DNA of 64,000 nt from Macrostomum lignano (lineage: Eukaryota). The number at the start of each line of letters is the position of its first letter. Position 1 is the stretch's first letter. Made by a program: the position numbers and the translations under genes. Location of the stretch: contig NIVC01001769.1 in assembly GCA_002269645.1 (NCBI GenBank), positions 62,001 through 126,000 of the forward strand. The letters are read 5' to 3'. Positions 37,294 through 49,411 of this stretch are shown here, piece after piece. A model generated the notes under the pieces. That model did no database searches. It was not told the origin of the DNA and saw only the letters and a list, made by a program, of their open reading frames with translations.

Positions 37294-37871
37294 TCTCCTG
37301 CTGCGAAGACTCAATAAGACATGTACAAGGCAAGGACTACTAGGATAACGTCCTAATATAACAAAGTGTTCCTAGTGGTCCTTGGTACAAGGTACTGTAT
37401 CAAGCCTCCTTATCTAATTTATTCAATTCTGTAGAGTTCTAAATATCTGGGTACTATTGAAGATATCTATATATATTCTACAACAACTCAGATCCTCTAT
37501 ACTTACATGTAAATGACTCCAAAAACTCTCTTTCTAGCTACTCGTACATGTACTTGTACATGTACGTGGGTATATTAAACTGTCAAAACCGGAGACCCGC
37601 TAAATTTTAAATAGCTAGCATAGTTTTTAATCAATTTTAGCGACACTTGTATTATTTACTTGGCTGAAAACATCAATCGCCTACAGAATTGGTGATTTTT
37701 CATATTTGTAAAATTCCAAGTGCAGCTATACTCCAGTATAAAATCTGTGAGATCAGAGAACGCCCGTACTCTAAATTAACAATTAATCTATGTACTTTAG
37801 ACACGGTTTCAAATTTCAAACTGTTCAACTGAATCACCTGTCTATATTATTACAAGCTAGTCTTCAATGAA

Positions 37872-38190
37872 ATGGGGGTTGTAGCCTAGTGGTCAGAGCG
37901 TAGGACTCACGACTTGAAGGTCGGGGGTTCGATTCCTGATCCCACTGGAACAATTTGTATCCTTAAGTAAGACACTTAACTCTGCATTGCCTTAGTTCAT
38001 CTAGCGGTAAAATGGGTGCCAGCATTAACTGGGCTAATTGAGGGTGTGTGTGGCGATCCCCAGTCCTTGGACTGAACAGCCGTACGCAGCCTTCAGATGC
38101 GCCGCGCAATAGCTGCGGCTGAGCTGTTGGTTGCACATCTGCCCATTAGGTTTTAGCTAATTAGGGCAGGTGTAATCAATTTTTAATATT
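37872..38190 (+). mobile_element. SINE family 1, full length
   Basis: GGGGTTGTAGCCTAGTGGTCAGAGCG...GGTTCGATTCC head plus core and body. Confidence 0.9.
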
Positions 38191-39113
38191 ATCAACAAAA
38201 AACATAAGAAACTAACGCCTTGTTTAATTTACTAATTTTAAAAACCTTACAAAGAACTCAGAGATCACCAAGCTTTTGTGTACTTTCAGTCATTCAGACA
38301 TACAGTATATATGTACTACTAGAAAATGAAATTACATTTACGAGGTGTTACCCAGAGAAAAACTCTTAGGGAAGAAATTTACATATATATTTAACTGACT
38401 ATGGTGCTTAGTCACAAAGGATTTTTAGTTTTAATGATAATGATCACTATAAATACACGTACATGAAGGCAGGACAAGACAGATAAAGAAGGAATTTAAA
38501 TTAAAAAATGACCGCACTCTTATAAGGTCCAATAAGAAAATGCTAATTATATAATAACAGTAAAGCATTTTCTGCTAATCTATAGCTGTCTCGTGTTCTA
38601 ATTACATGTTTGTTTTGCCTCCAATACAAAACAGCACTGTCCGGACAAATAGTATCAGGATCTAACATAGAGAGCCAATACTACTATTAAAGCAGAAGTC
38701 GAAACCCATTCTCTGTGGCACGCTCATAACCAGCTAGTTACTTTCAAATAACTCGCATATATATAAACACGATCTACTATATATCTATGGATTTGGAATG
38801 AATTTATTTATAGAGATGGTAATTCTGATACAATATAAATATATTGTATACTCTATTATATATTGCATTGTGGGATCGCGAGTGGTATCATGATTACCAT
38901 CTCTATATATATTCATTACAAATCCATTTCCAGTCGGACACATTTGTCTATGGTCGAAAATTAGGAGCCCGATGATTTGGCTCTATTGGCTATATTGGCT
39001 AATATTGGCTATATTAGCTATATTGGCTCTCTATGTTAGCTTGGCACTCTTCTGTTCAGGACCGACACACTCTCAAAAATCAAAATAGAGGAAAAAAAAA
39101 TATAGCTGCTAAT

Positions 39114-42100
39114 TTACAGAATAATCTCGTAGACGCTATTCTGATAGTGACCGCCGCACCGTTTGGACTTGCTATAGATGCACCGTTTATCGCAGGCTTT
39201 CGGTTCCTTTGCTTCGCCATATCTGCCAAACTTGTTGCCGCAATAGCACAATCGACCATTTTGCAGTCCAAAATAGAGCTTGTTTAGGCGTTTACACATC
39301 CTATGGCATTTTGAAATCGACATAAACGTTAGCGATACCAATTGCTCAAGGTCCGGCTGCTTTGGATTGTCCTTGTAGCACCCTATATATTCTGATTGGG
39401 AAGTTGGTTTGGATATCATAAAATAACAAATAAAAACTTTGTTTTACTTAATTAATTAAATACTGAATAAATGTAAATGTCTGCGCTTGTTTGCCATCAC
39501 TGAGACCGCAGTTAGACTGGTCAACCTTAAATAAGTTGACACTTTTCTGTAAGAGGTCTCTACCCTGTAAGGGCGCTTTTCCCAAGCCCCGAGAGTCCAG
39601 TTGTGGATCCGCACCATACTCTGCGACACATGCAAAACACGAGCTACTTGTAAAGCAGAACTCACTTTGTAGCTCTTTCGGACGCAGCAATGTTGAGTAG
39701 CCGAAAACCTGCAATTGGCACAGATGTAGGCCCGCACCGGGTACCGAGACCACTTGCACGTGTTGGCCGAACCGCGTGCAGTTAAAGATCTTCGTAACAA
39801 ATGGATTTGCATCATTGTGGTCTAAGCATTTATAGTAATTAATGTGAAGAGTAAAGTGGTTCAGACTATTTTTACAGCATTTGTCCATCCGGTTGAAGAG
39901 CTTGACGTGTTTTACAAGGGCCGACTCTTTGAAGTAGGCGCGCATCCAAGCTTCTTCTGCAGATTTGTCGCTCGGGATGTCAAGGCACTTTTTACCATGT
40001 TCGCCATTGAATACGGCAAAGTTGCGGTCAAAAGCATGCTTACAGATGTTTAACTGCCAGTCGACTGATGATGAGCAATAGTTTAACGCGATTTCGCTAA
40101 AAAGATTATTGCGGGTGTCTACTGTTTCAAATAGACGACAACTCTTAGAAAGCAAATCGTTGAAATTATAAACTATGAAGAGTGATAATTCTCATTCTGC
40201 ATCAAATGTACTAATGTACTAATGTACATGTACTAATAGATTCGATCCTATATACTTATACACTAAAAGTTGTGTTCATTTTTTGTTCGAATGCATAATC
40301 TTTAAAAACAAACTCTGTCTGTTTTGAATTGGCGTTTTTTTATTGATTTTCCGCAAGCGTTTCCCCAGCATGAATAGAATTTTCGCTAGTTTTTTAGAAC
40401 CCGACTTTGATCAAAACTGAACGTGAAAAGGTGTAGTATTGTTAAGCTAAGTAGTGTAAATACCTTTTCAACTTCGAATTCGTCAGGCATGCACGCAGCT
40501 AATCCTAGTGCTACGAGTATATGATGGACACGGACATTTTGGATTGATGATTCGTGTCAAAATACGAGTACTACAAACTTTTCATTTCGACTAGCCTTGA
40601 CTTACTTAGGTGACGGTTCTTCAGTTTTTTTTGTTGATCTTCATTCCCATTTCCGCTGTGTGTGAATTTTTACATTTTCAATACACAGCGCCCAAAGCTC
40701 CAAGTAAATACAAAGTGACACATTTCACTCACTTCGTCGAATTCACACTTTTGAGAAATTCGAAGTTGAAAATGTATATAAACAGCCAAAACAAGGAACC
40801 GTTAAAACACTAACTATTTAATACTGATCTGCGATCAAAAGGCTGTACATAAATATTTATTCATCGCTATATCCATCAACTTTACAACAGGTAGACGTCC
40901 CACTATATGCGAATTTTATAAAGAAAAGCAGACTAGAGAGAAAAATACACTAGGTACGAGGTAGATAGGAACAACATAAACTTTCATGTCATTTACGTGC
41001 TTCCCCATCTTCAGTAGAATTTCTTGAAAAAAGCTCTATAGTGTGAATGTGAATCAAACTCAAAGAAACTCTTAGCTAAGAAAGAAAGAAAGCAACTTAG
41101 CTACGTCGCGGCAGACTTGAGTTGAGGAATGACGTGGGGGGAGCGGTGTGCGAGGGTTTTGTTGGACGGATTAAAGCTACCCCGATCAGTTTCTCGCATC
41201 TTTTATTTCAGAATAGTCTAAGAGAAATTTCTCACAGGCCAATAGAGAGGCGACTTTTCAATGTTGCTGAGTATATGTGCTAATCCTAAAAACTGCATGA
41301 GTGAAATATCCGACTTAGAATGGAATTTTTCTGTCTTGCCAGTTGCCAGTGTATGGCGTGCAATTTAGTCGTCCATAGTCCACTATTTCACGGAATCGTG
41401 AGCAATTCCCTAAACTTACGCAGCTCCATTTTCGAGTTCCTGGAACGCAAGCGCCTTTCCATAGACTTCAACTTCGCAAAGGGACATTACGGCATCCTTT
41501 CTATCGCTGCTCAACTCGATGAAATCGGTGAACACGTCGCACGGAAACGATCGACTGGAGAATGAAGCAGCTGCATTATGCCTGTAGCAAGCTGTTCCGC
41601 CAGCATAAATGATAAATTGGTTGAGAGCGCTTTGCATTGCCGCGTCAGGTAGAGGCGCGGTGTGAATTACCACTTTAGATACGTAAGCTGGCGTTTCCAA
41701 GAAAGCCTGGAAATGGGTTTTGTTGGGTGTAGCACAATGAAGCCAATGTATAGTACATGAGTCAATGCGGATGGTGTGCGCAGGTATCTCTTATGTAGAT
41801 GAATTGCCTGTTCTATCTTAATAACTTGTACTTGTACTTGTTTGCTCCATAGACTCAGCAACCATAGACAATTGCTTGTTTGTCTTTTCCTCACTTTTTT
41901 TCTCTAACCTTTATGTACATAACACTGGCCTGTTCACACGCGCTCCTTCGAATAAACTTTTTCTTGACCACATCATGGAGCTGAGATCCGCAGCTTTCAT
42001 TTGAATCAAGTTACAATTGAAACGGACTGAAATTATGTCCGCTAGAAGACATCGTAGCAAGGGTTCCGGAACTTTTGACGGACAGTATAATATACCAATA

Positions 42101-45100
42101 TTGATGGGCTGCAGAGGGCAGAAACGAGCTATGACACCGAGGAGTGTCAGCTCGTTTCTCCCCGATGCGGCCCATCCATATTAGTATTATACTCGTAGTT
42201 AGCGGGCGTGAAACCGCGTTTTACGGCCCGTTGAGACTGTCTATGGTAAAATCCCATTTACTCCAATGCATTCAGTTGGTTTCACGGCCCGCTGAAAATG
42301 TCTATGGCAAAGTCAAAAGAAAGCGGGGTCGAGGGGGCGCTGAGCACACCAGCACTCTAGACAAAGAAAAAAAGAAAGAACAAAATCTAAAAAATTTTCT
42401 ATGGCCAAAACTCCTTATTTTGCGAATTGAAAAAAGTAACTGATAATACTAAGCATTATTTAGAGCTGGGGTCGGCCAACTCCGGCCCTCGGGTCCTTTG
42501 AAGCTTCACAGTAGCAATGCTCAGGGTTTGTGTCTCTTTTCTGCTCTCCTCTGTCACCTCTCTCTTCTCCTCTCCTCTCCTCTCCTCTCCTCTCCTCTCC
42601 TTTCTTCTCCTCTCCTCTCCTCTCCTCTCCTCTCCTCTCCTCTCCTCTCCTCTCCTCTCCTCTCCTCTCCTCTCCTTTCCTCTCCTCTCTTCTCCACTCC
42701 TCTCCTCTCCTCTCCTCTCCTCTCCTCTCCTCTCCTCTCCTCTCCTCTCCTCTCCTCTCCTCTCCTCTCCTCTCCTCTCCTCTCCTCTCCTCTCCTCTCC
42801 TCTCCTCTCTCTCTTCTCCACTCCTCTCCTCTCTTCTCCACTCCTCTCCTCTCCTCTCCTCTCCTCTCCTCTCCTCTCCTCTCCTCTCCTCTCCTCTCCT
42901 TTCCTCTCCTCTCTTCTCCACTCCTCTCCTCTCCTCTCCTCTCCTCTCCTCTCCTCTCCTCTCCTCTCCTTCTCTCCTCTCCTCTCTTCTCTCCTACTTT
43001 ATCTCTTCTCTCCTCTCGTCTCTTTTATTCCCTCTTCTCTTTTCTCCTATTTCTCTTCTCAATTGTCTCTCCTCTGTCCCATCCTCTAGCCCACAGTCAT
43101 GCGCTAGGTTCTCTATCTGGGCCTTACGGTAAAAAAGTTTGCCGACCCCTGATTCAAAATCTACAAGTTGTAGAAACATTAACTAGATACTTAAATGCAT
43201 ACGAGGCTTTTTACTTATGGAAGTCGGCCATAGATAATCGCAGCGCGGGATGCCGTGCGTTTCAACCCGTTTCAACACGCATAGGCTAACTATAATTAAA
43301 TTTATTACATTCCACCAAGGTTGCGTCTCTGAAGCCGTAGACGAGCACTGAGTCCACTCTTGTATGATCTGGTTGTCAATAGCGAGACTGCAGTGGCCAG
43401 TGTCCGAGCTCTGAGCGCAATTCTCCAGATACAGACGCTCTGCAAAGCGCGATCAAGTGGTTTTGCTACATGTACAAAATATTTACTACTTTTAATTAAT
43501 CATTACTTTTTACCCAAGGATCTGGAGGGTGGGCCTCTGTGGAAATCTATGTAAAATGTTTTGAAGGCCACTTTTCGCCGAACAAAACACTGACTGAAAT
43601 GGGAAATTTTCGTTTTTTTAGCACAAAAGTTGTTATTGCTTTCGATAGGAGACGGACCCAATGTTCATCCTTTTTACTATTTTGATTTTTGCTTTTTTAT
43701 TCTGTGTTAATTTCTTATTCTACGTACAATTGCATGTCCTGTACCTAAAAACCATTGAAAAGAAAAAGGCACGGCTTAGCTCATGGATTTTATGAATATA
43801 TTTTGTTATTCCTAGCTGATTGTGTAACAATTTGTGTAACAGAGATGATAATCATAAAACCAAAGATTCTAGCTGTGCATTTTTATGATTTTTAGGTCCA
43901 GATAACTAGCAATCTAGTGCGGCCCCCCTTCGGGGCGCCCAATAAGAAAGGAGCAAAAATAGTTCATGGAAAACAATAAAAAAACACATTTTCTTAAACA
44001 CTAATTCCTTCTTCACATTTTAAAAATCACCTTATTCGTGTAAAATTGTCACGGACTAAGATGTTTGCAAAATTAAAAAATCACTTTTTCTCTAAAATTA
44101 ACAAACAGTCAACAAAATATCGTTTCACTAAATAGAAAATATTCCCAAGACAGCAAGCAACCCCCTCCAAAAGTGAACAATCGCAGATAGCAAGCATCCT
44201 CTAATGCTCATAGCAAGAATCACCACAGATAGCAAGCATCTGCAGATTAGCAAGCACCCCCCAGATATTATAGAAGCATCCACCCAGATAGCAAGCATCC
44301 ACTCAGATAGCAAGCATTCTGCAGATATCAAGCACCCCCAGATATTATAGAAGCATCCTGCAGATAGCAAGCACCCCCCAGATATTATAGAAGCATCCAC
44401 CCAGATAGCAAGCATCCTGCAGATAGCAAGAATCCCTAAATAGCAAGCATCCTGCAGATAGCAAGAATCCCTGAATAGCAAGCATCCCTGGATAGAAAGA
44501 ATCCCATGCATGTAGCCAGTACCCCCTCTCCCAAATAGCAAGTATCCCCCCTCGAGAGCAAGCATCCACGAGACAGCAAGTAGCTAGTGCAAATGTTACT
44601 TCCGCTAATGCAATAATCGCTTTCTCAGGTTGTGCAACAATCCACGTCTCAGCGAGCGCAATAATCTCTTTTTTAGACAGCGCAGTAATCAGCTTCTCAG
44701 CTAGTGCAATAATCCTTGGTTTATTAATAGCAATAATCCTTGATTAATCAAGTGCAATAATCCTTGGTTTATCAAGTGCAATAATCCTTGGTTTATCAAG
44801 TGCAGTAATCTTTGGCTTATCAAGTGCAATAATCCTTGGTTTATCAAGTGCAATAATCCTTTGTTTATCAAGTGCAATAATCCTTGGTTTATCAAGTGCA
44901 ATAATCCTTGGTTTATTAAGTGCAATAATCCTTGGTTTATCAAGTGCAATAATCCTTGGTTTATCTAGCGCAGTAATCCTTGGCTTATCAGGTGCAATAA
45001 TCCTTGGTTTATCAAGTGCAATATTTGTTTATCAAGTGCAATAATCCTTGGTTTATCAAGTGAAATAATCCTTGGTTTATCAAGTGCAATAATCCTTGGC

Positions 45101-48100
45101 TTATCAACTGCAATAATCCTTGGTTTATCAAGCGCAGTAATCTTTGGCCTATCAAGTGCAATAATCCTTGGTTTATCAAGTGCAGTAATCCTTGGCCTAT
45201 CAAGTGCAATAATCCTTGGTTTATCAAGTGCAAGAATCCTTGGTTTATCAAGTGCAATAATCCTTGGTTTATCAAGTGCAATAATCCTTGGCTTATCAAC
45301 TGCAATAATCCTTGGTTTATCAAGTGCAATAGTCCTTGGTTTATCAAGCGCAGTAATCCTTGGCCTATCAAGTGCAATAATCCTTGGCTTATCAAGTGCA
45401 ATAATCCTTGGTTTATCAAGTGCAATAATCCTTGGTTTATCAAGTGCAGTAATCCTTGGCCTATCAAGTGCAATAATCCTTGGTTTGCCAAGAGCAATAA
45501 TCCTTAGTTTATCGAGTGCAGTAATCCTTAGTTTTCCAAGTGCAGTAATCCTTGGTTTATTAAGAGCAATAATCCTTGGCTTATCGAGTGCAGTAATCCT
45601 TGGTTTGCCAAGAGCAATAATCCTTGGTTTATCAAGTGCAATAATCCTTGGTTTATCAAGTGCAATAATCCTTGGTTTATCAAGTGCAATAATCCTTGGT
45701 TTATCAGATGCAATAATCCTTGGCTTATCAACTGCAATAATCCTTGGTTTATCAGATGCAATAATCCTTGGCTTATCAACTGCAATAATCCTTGGTTTAT
45801 CAAGTGCAATAATCCTTGGTTTATCAAGCGCAGTAATCCTTGGTTTATCAAGTGCAATAATCCTTGGTTTATCAAGTGCAATAATCTTTGGTTTATCAGA
45901 TGCAATAATCCTTGGCTTATCAACTGCAATAATCCTTGGTTTATCAAGTGCAATAATCCTTGGCTTATCAAGTGCAATAATCCTTGGTTTATCAAGCGCA
46001 GTAATCTTTGGCCTATCAAGTGCAATAATCCTTGGTTTATCAAGTGCAGTAATCCTTGGCCTATCAAGTGCAATAATCCTTGGTTTATCAAGTGCAATAG
46101 TCTTTGGTTTATCGAGTGCAGTAATCCTTAGTTTTCCAAGTGCAGTAATCCTTGGTTTATTAAGAGCAATAATCCTTGGTTTATCGAGTGCAGTAGTCCT
46201 TGGTTTATTAATATCAATAATCCTTGAATAATCCAGTGCATTAATCCTTGGCTTATCAAGTGCAACATTCTTTACTATCAAGTGCAATAATCCATGGCTT
46301 ATCAAGTGCAATAATCCTTGGCTTATCAAGTGCAATAATCCTTGGTTTATCAAGTGCAATAATCCTTTGTTTATCAAGTGCAATAATCCTTGGTTTATCA
46401 AGTGCAGTAATCCTTGGCCTATCAAGTGCAATAATCCTTGGTTTATCAAGTGCAATAGTCTTTGGTTTATCGAGTGCAGTAATCCTTAGTTTTCCAAGTG
46501 CAGTAATCCTTGGTTTATTAAGAGCAATAATCCTTGGTTTATCGAGTGCAGTAGTCCTTGGTTTATTAATATCAATAATCCTTGAATAATCCAGTGCATT
46601 AATCCTTGGCTTATCAAGTGCAACATTCTTTACTATCAAGTGCAATAATCCATGGCTTATCAAGTGCAATAATCCTTGGCTTATCAAGTGCAATAATCCT
46701 TGGTTTATCAAGTGCAATAATCCTTTGTTTATCAAGTGCAATAATCCTTTGTTTATCAAGTGCAATAATCCTTTGTTTATCAAGTGCAATAATCCTTGGT
46801 TTATCAAGCGCAGTAATCCTTGGCTTATCAAGTGCAATAATCCTTGGTTTATCAAGTGCAATAATCCTTTGTTTATCAAGTGCAATAATCCTTTGTTTAT
46901 CAAGTGCAATAATCCTTGGTTTATCAAGCGCAGTAATCCTTGGCTTATCAAGTGCAATAATCCTTGGTTTATCAAGTGCAATAATCCTTGGTTTATCAAG
47001 CGCAGTAATCTTTGGCCTATCAAGTGCAATAGTCCTTGGTTTATTGAGTGCAGTAATCCTTGGTTTTCCAAGTGCAATAATCCTTGGCTTCTTGAGTGCA
47101 GTAATCCTTGGTTTGCCAAGAGCAATAGTCCTTGGTTTATCGAGTGCAGTAATCCTTGGTTCTCCAAGTGCCGTAATCCTTGGTTTATTAATAGCAATAA
47201 TCCTTGATTAATCAAGTGCAGTAATTTTTGGTTTGCCAAGAGCAATAGTCCTTGGTTTATCGAGTGCAGTAGTCCTTGGTTTATTAATAGCAATAATCCT
47301 TGGCTTATCGAGTGCAGTAATCTAAGTGTTTTTATTTAGTCCTTTAATAAAACCTTTTAATAAAAAATTTTACACTACTACTCTTAAACTACTTAGATTC
47401 GAACCTAGGTCGCTGCATTAGCAGTCTGGTCTGTTCAGCTCTAGGCTAGCTCTCATCGAAGTTATCAGTGATGTTGTACCACTTATATAATTCAACACTC
47501 ACACCAAGTCAGGTAGAGTAAAAAGTCTCACGAAGCAGTTATGACATAATCAATTTCTTAGGCAAGTCAGTACCAGTGTCTATGAAAGTTTACAATATGG
47601 TTACGTAATATAAATTCAGTACTGCGCTATGCTTTCACACTCAAAGCTGTGACGCAATTCAATTGAGTGTCAAATTCAGCCAGTACACAGACGATAAATA
47701 AAGTGTATTGTGATGCAATCTATTTCAGAATCAGAATTCAACCAGTCAGTTTTTCTGCTAGCATTCTTACGATGCATTTCAAGTCGAAAGAGCTGCTTGA
47801 CCTTTGCAAAAAAGCATGTTTTTCGAATATTTAATCCCTTTAGCATCAAGCAATTTCTTAGCCACGATGCATGTACTGTCACGGGAAAATTTCTGATCGA
47901 ACAGTGCAAGTTCGAAGAAAATCGGTTGAGCCGTTTTTGCTAAAATCGATCACACACACACACATACACACACACACATACCGACAGACCATTTTTAGTA
48001 TATTGGATGTACGTAGAATGAAAAAATAACATAGAATCCTAATTTTATAAACAAGAAGCTTTAGGATCAATATCAATAGAGCTATAAGAAATGTACAACA

Positions 48101-48704
48101 TATCAAAAGATGAACATTGGGTCTGCCTCCTATCGAAAGAAATAACAATTTTTGTTCCGAATAAATGAAAACTTCCTATCTCCGTAGTGTATTTTCGGCG
48201 AAAGTGAGGATCTGGGAGGCTGGCCCGGCAACTGAGGATCTGGGAGGCTGGCCCAGCAACTGAGGATCTGGGAGGCTGGCCCAGCAACTGAGGATCTGGG
48301 AGGCTGGCCCAGCAACTGAGGATCTAGGAGGCTGGCCCAGCAACTGAGGATCTGGGAGGCTGGCCCAACAACTGAGGATCTGGGAGGCTGGCCAAGCAAC
48401 TGAGGATCTGATAAGTCTTATTGTGCAACAGAGCCAGACAGTTGGACAAACAATTTTAGTATCAAAATGCTCTCATTAGTGCCATAGCGTATACATTGGA
48501 ACAGATAGGAAATGTGAATTTAATTAGCTAGATCAACGTGTGAATCTTACCTTCGTTTGTGTTATCTGCATTAATTCTACGATAATATTCTTCCCGTGAC
48601 ACAAATGTACCACGTTCAAGTGTTGCATGGATTTCGCAGGAAAATAGCAGTAACAGAAGTTGTAGAAGCAGCGATCCTGGCATGCGAAGACTTAACAGTC
48701 TCAT
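39114..48704 (-). CDS. Lectin gene C: signal peptide + 2 F-type-lectin-like domains + WSC; 5 exons (48704-48551, 43439-43309, 41706-41420, 40096-39666, 39391-39114), 426 aa
   Basis: Exons 2 and 3 have the same lengths as in gene B (131 and 287 nt) and the same phases 1,0,2,1. Leader MRLLSLRMPGSLLLQLLLLLFSC. Joined CDS is 1281 nt. The exon 2 donor (GTAATA) is weak and an upstream ATG at 48722 is possible. Confidence 0.82.
42466..43151 (+). mobile_element. hAT-type MITE carrying a (CTCTC)n microsatellite, in gene C intron 2
   Basis: Imperfect 15-bp TIRs CTGGGGTCGGCCAAC and GTTTGCCGACCCCTG. The 8-bp flanks ATTTAGAG and ATTCAAAA match at 5 of 8 positions. Confidence 0.7.
43906..43942 (-). mobile_element. 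Helitron-type 3' terminus
   Basis: Minus strand GCCCCGAAGGGGGGC hairpin followed by ..CACTAGATTGCTAG|T. Confidence 0.45.
44140..44580. repeat. Degenerate short-period repeat (GATAGCAAGCATCC)
   Basis: Recurring AGATAGCAAGCA motif with variable spacers. Confidence 0.85.
44590..47320. repeat. 24-bp minisatellite (CAAGTGCAATAATCCTTGGTTTAT), more than 100 units, in gene C intron 1
   Basis: Directly visible. It explains the DKPRIIAL, LHLINQGL and SSAIILGL ORFs. Confidence 0.97.
47690..48010 (+). mobile_element. Non-autonomous Helitron/Helentron-like element
   Basis: AAGTTCGAAGAAAATCGGTTGAGCCGTTTT followed by a (CA)n/ACAGAC microsatellite and TTTTAGTATAT, the layout of Lep1/HINE-type elements. 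Confidence 0.45.
48206..48410. repeat. 28-bp minisatellite (GAGGATCTGGGAGGCTGGCCCAGCAACT) x7
   Basis: Directly visible, 140 bp from the gene C exon 1 donor. Confidence 0.95.
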
Positions 48705-49029
48705 CCAACCACCGTGATGCATTTTTCAATGTCCGTTGAACTTCAGTGCATGTGTTACAATCAAAGTGTGTATCTGAAAATCGAAATGCCTTGGCTGAAT
48801 GAGCGGCGTGTAGGCTTGGCCATAGACATGGCCCGCATTTTTGAAAGAAATAGATCAGAAATAGGCGCCATGATATTCAAATGAAAGATTGATGGACTGA
48901 TCGATCGATATTTGCAAATAAAGTATCAGCTCTCTTGTAAGTACGAGCTAGTTGGGCTAACACCCCCGACTGACGGCAGTTTCCCGCGCGGCTGTCTCCG
49001 CCTCCCCCCCGCCCTCTGCAGAGCTCTGC

Positions 49030-49411
49030 TTGGAAATATCCCCTCTAGGCGAGGGAATTCGCTTTCTGTATCTCCGCCTGAGTTGAGAATATGGAGCAAG
49101 CCATCTTTAAATGCGCGGTCATTACTCAAGACAGGCTCACCTAACTCGGCTCAAACCCAGCCCTTACGACGTTTTCAGTTCCGAGAATTCAGCCAACTCG
49201 TCCACACTACCTATGGGCTACTGCGGGTGAGCGACCATCAACTTCTGGACTCTCAAGAGGGGGACCACGCTGTGGACACCGGCACCACCGGGTCTCCATG
49301 CGCGACACCGCAGCACTGCAGCTGCCTGTGGTCGCCAGGGGCTAGCAGAATGGGCGGCAACGCCTCCTCGCTGTATCCGGATGCCCGCGGAGCCAAGTCA
49401 AGTCAAGCCCA
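49030..49411 (+). mobile_element. Possible non-LTR retrotransposon 3' fragment
   Basis: GC-rich island ending in a CAAGTCAAGTCAAG tail. No clear protein motif. Confidence 0.3.

Noticed and set aside
44965-47293. Long ORFs (496, 345, 248 aa) as real repeat proteins
   Set aside because: They result from a stop-free 24-bp unit, have no unique N- or C-terminal domain and lie inside gene C intron 1.
47395-47455. tRNA-Ser-like sequence on the minus strand (GACTGCTAAT, GGTTCGAATC)
   Set aside because: D arm and acceptor stem are not formed; at most a decayed tRNA-derived fragment.
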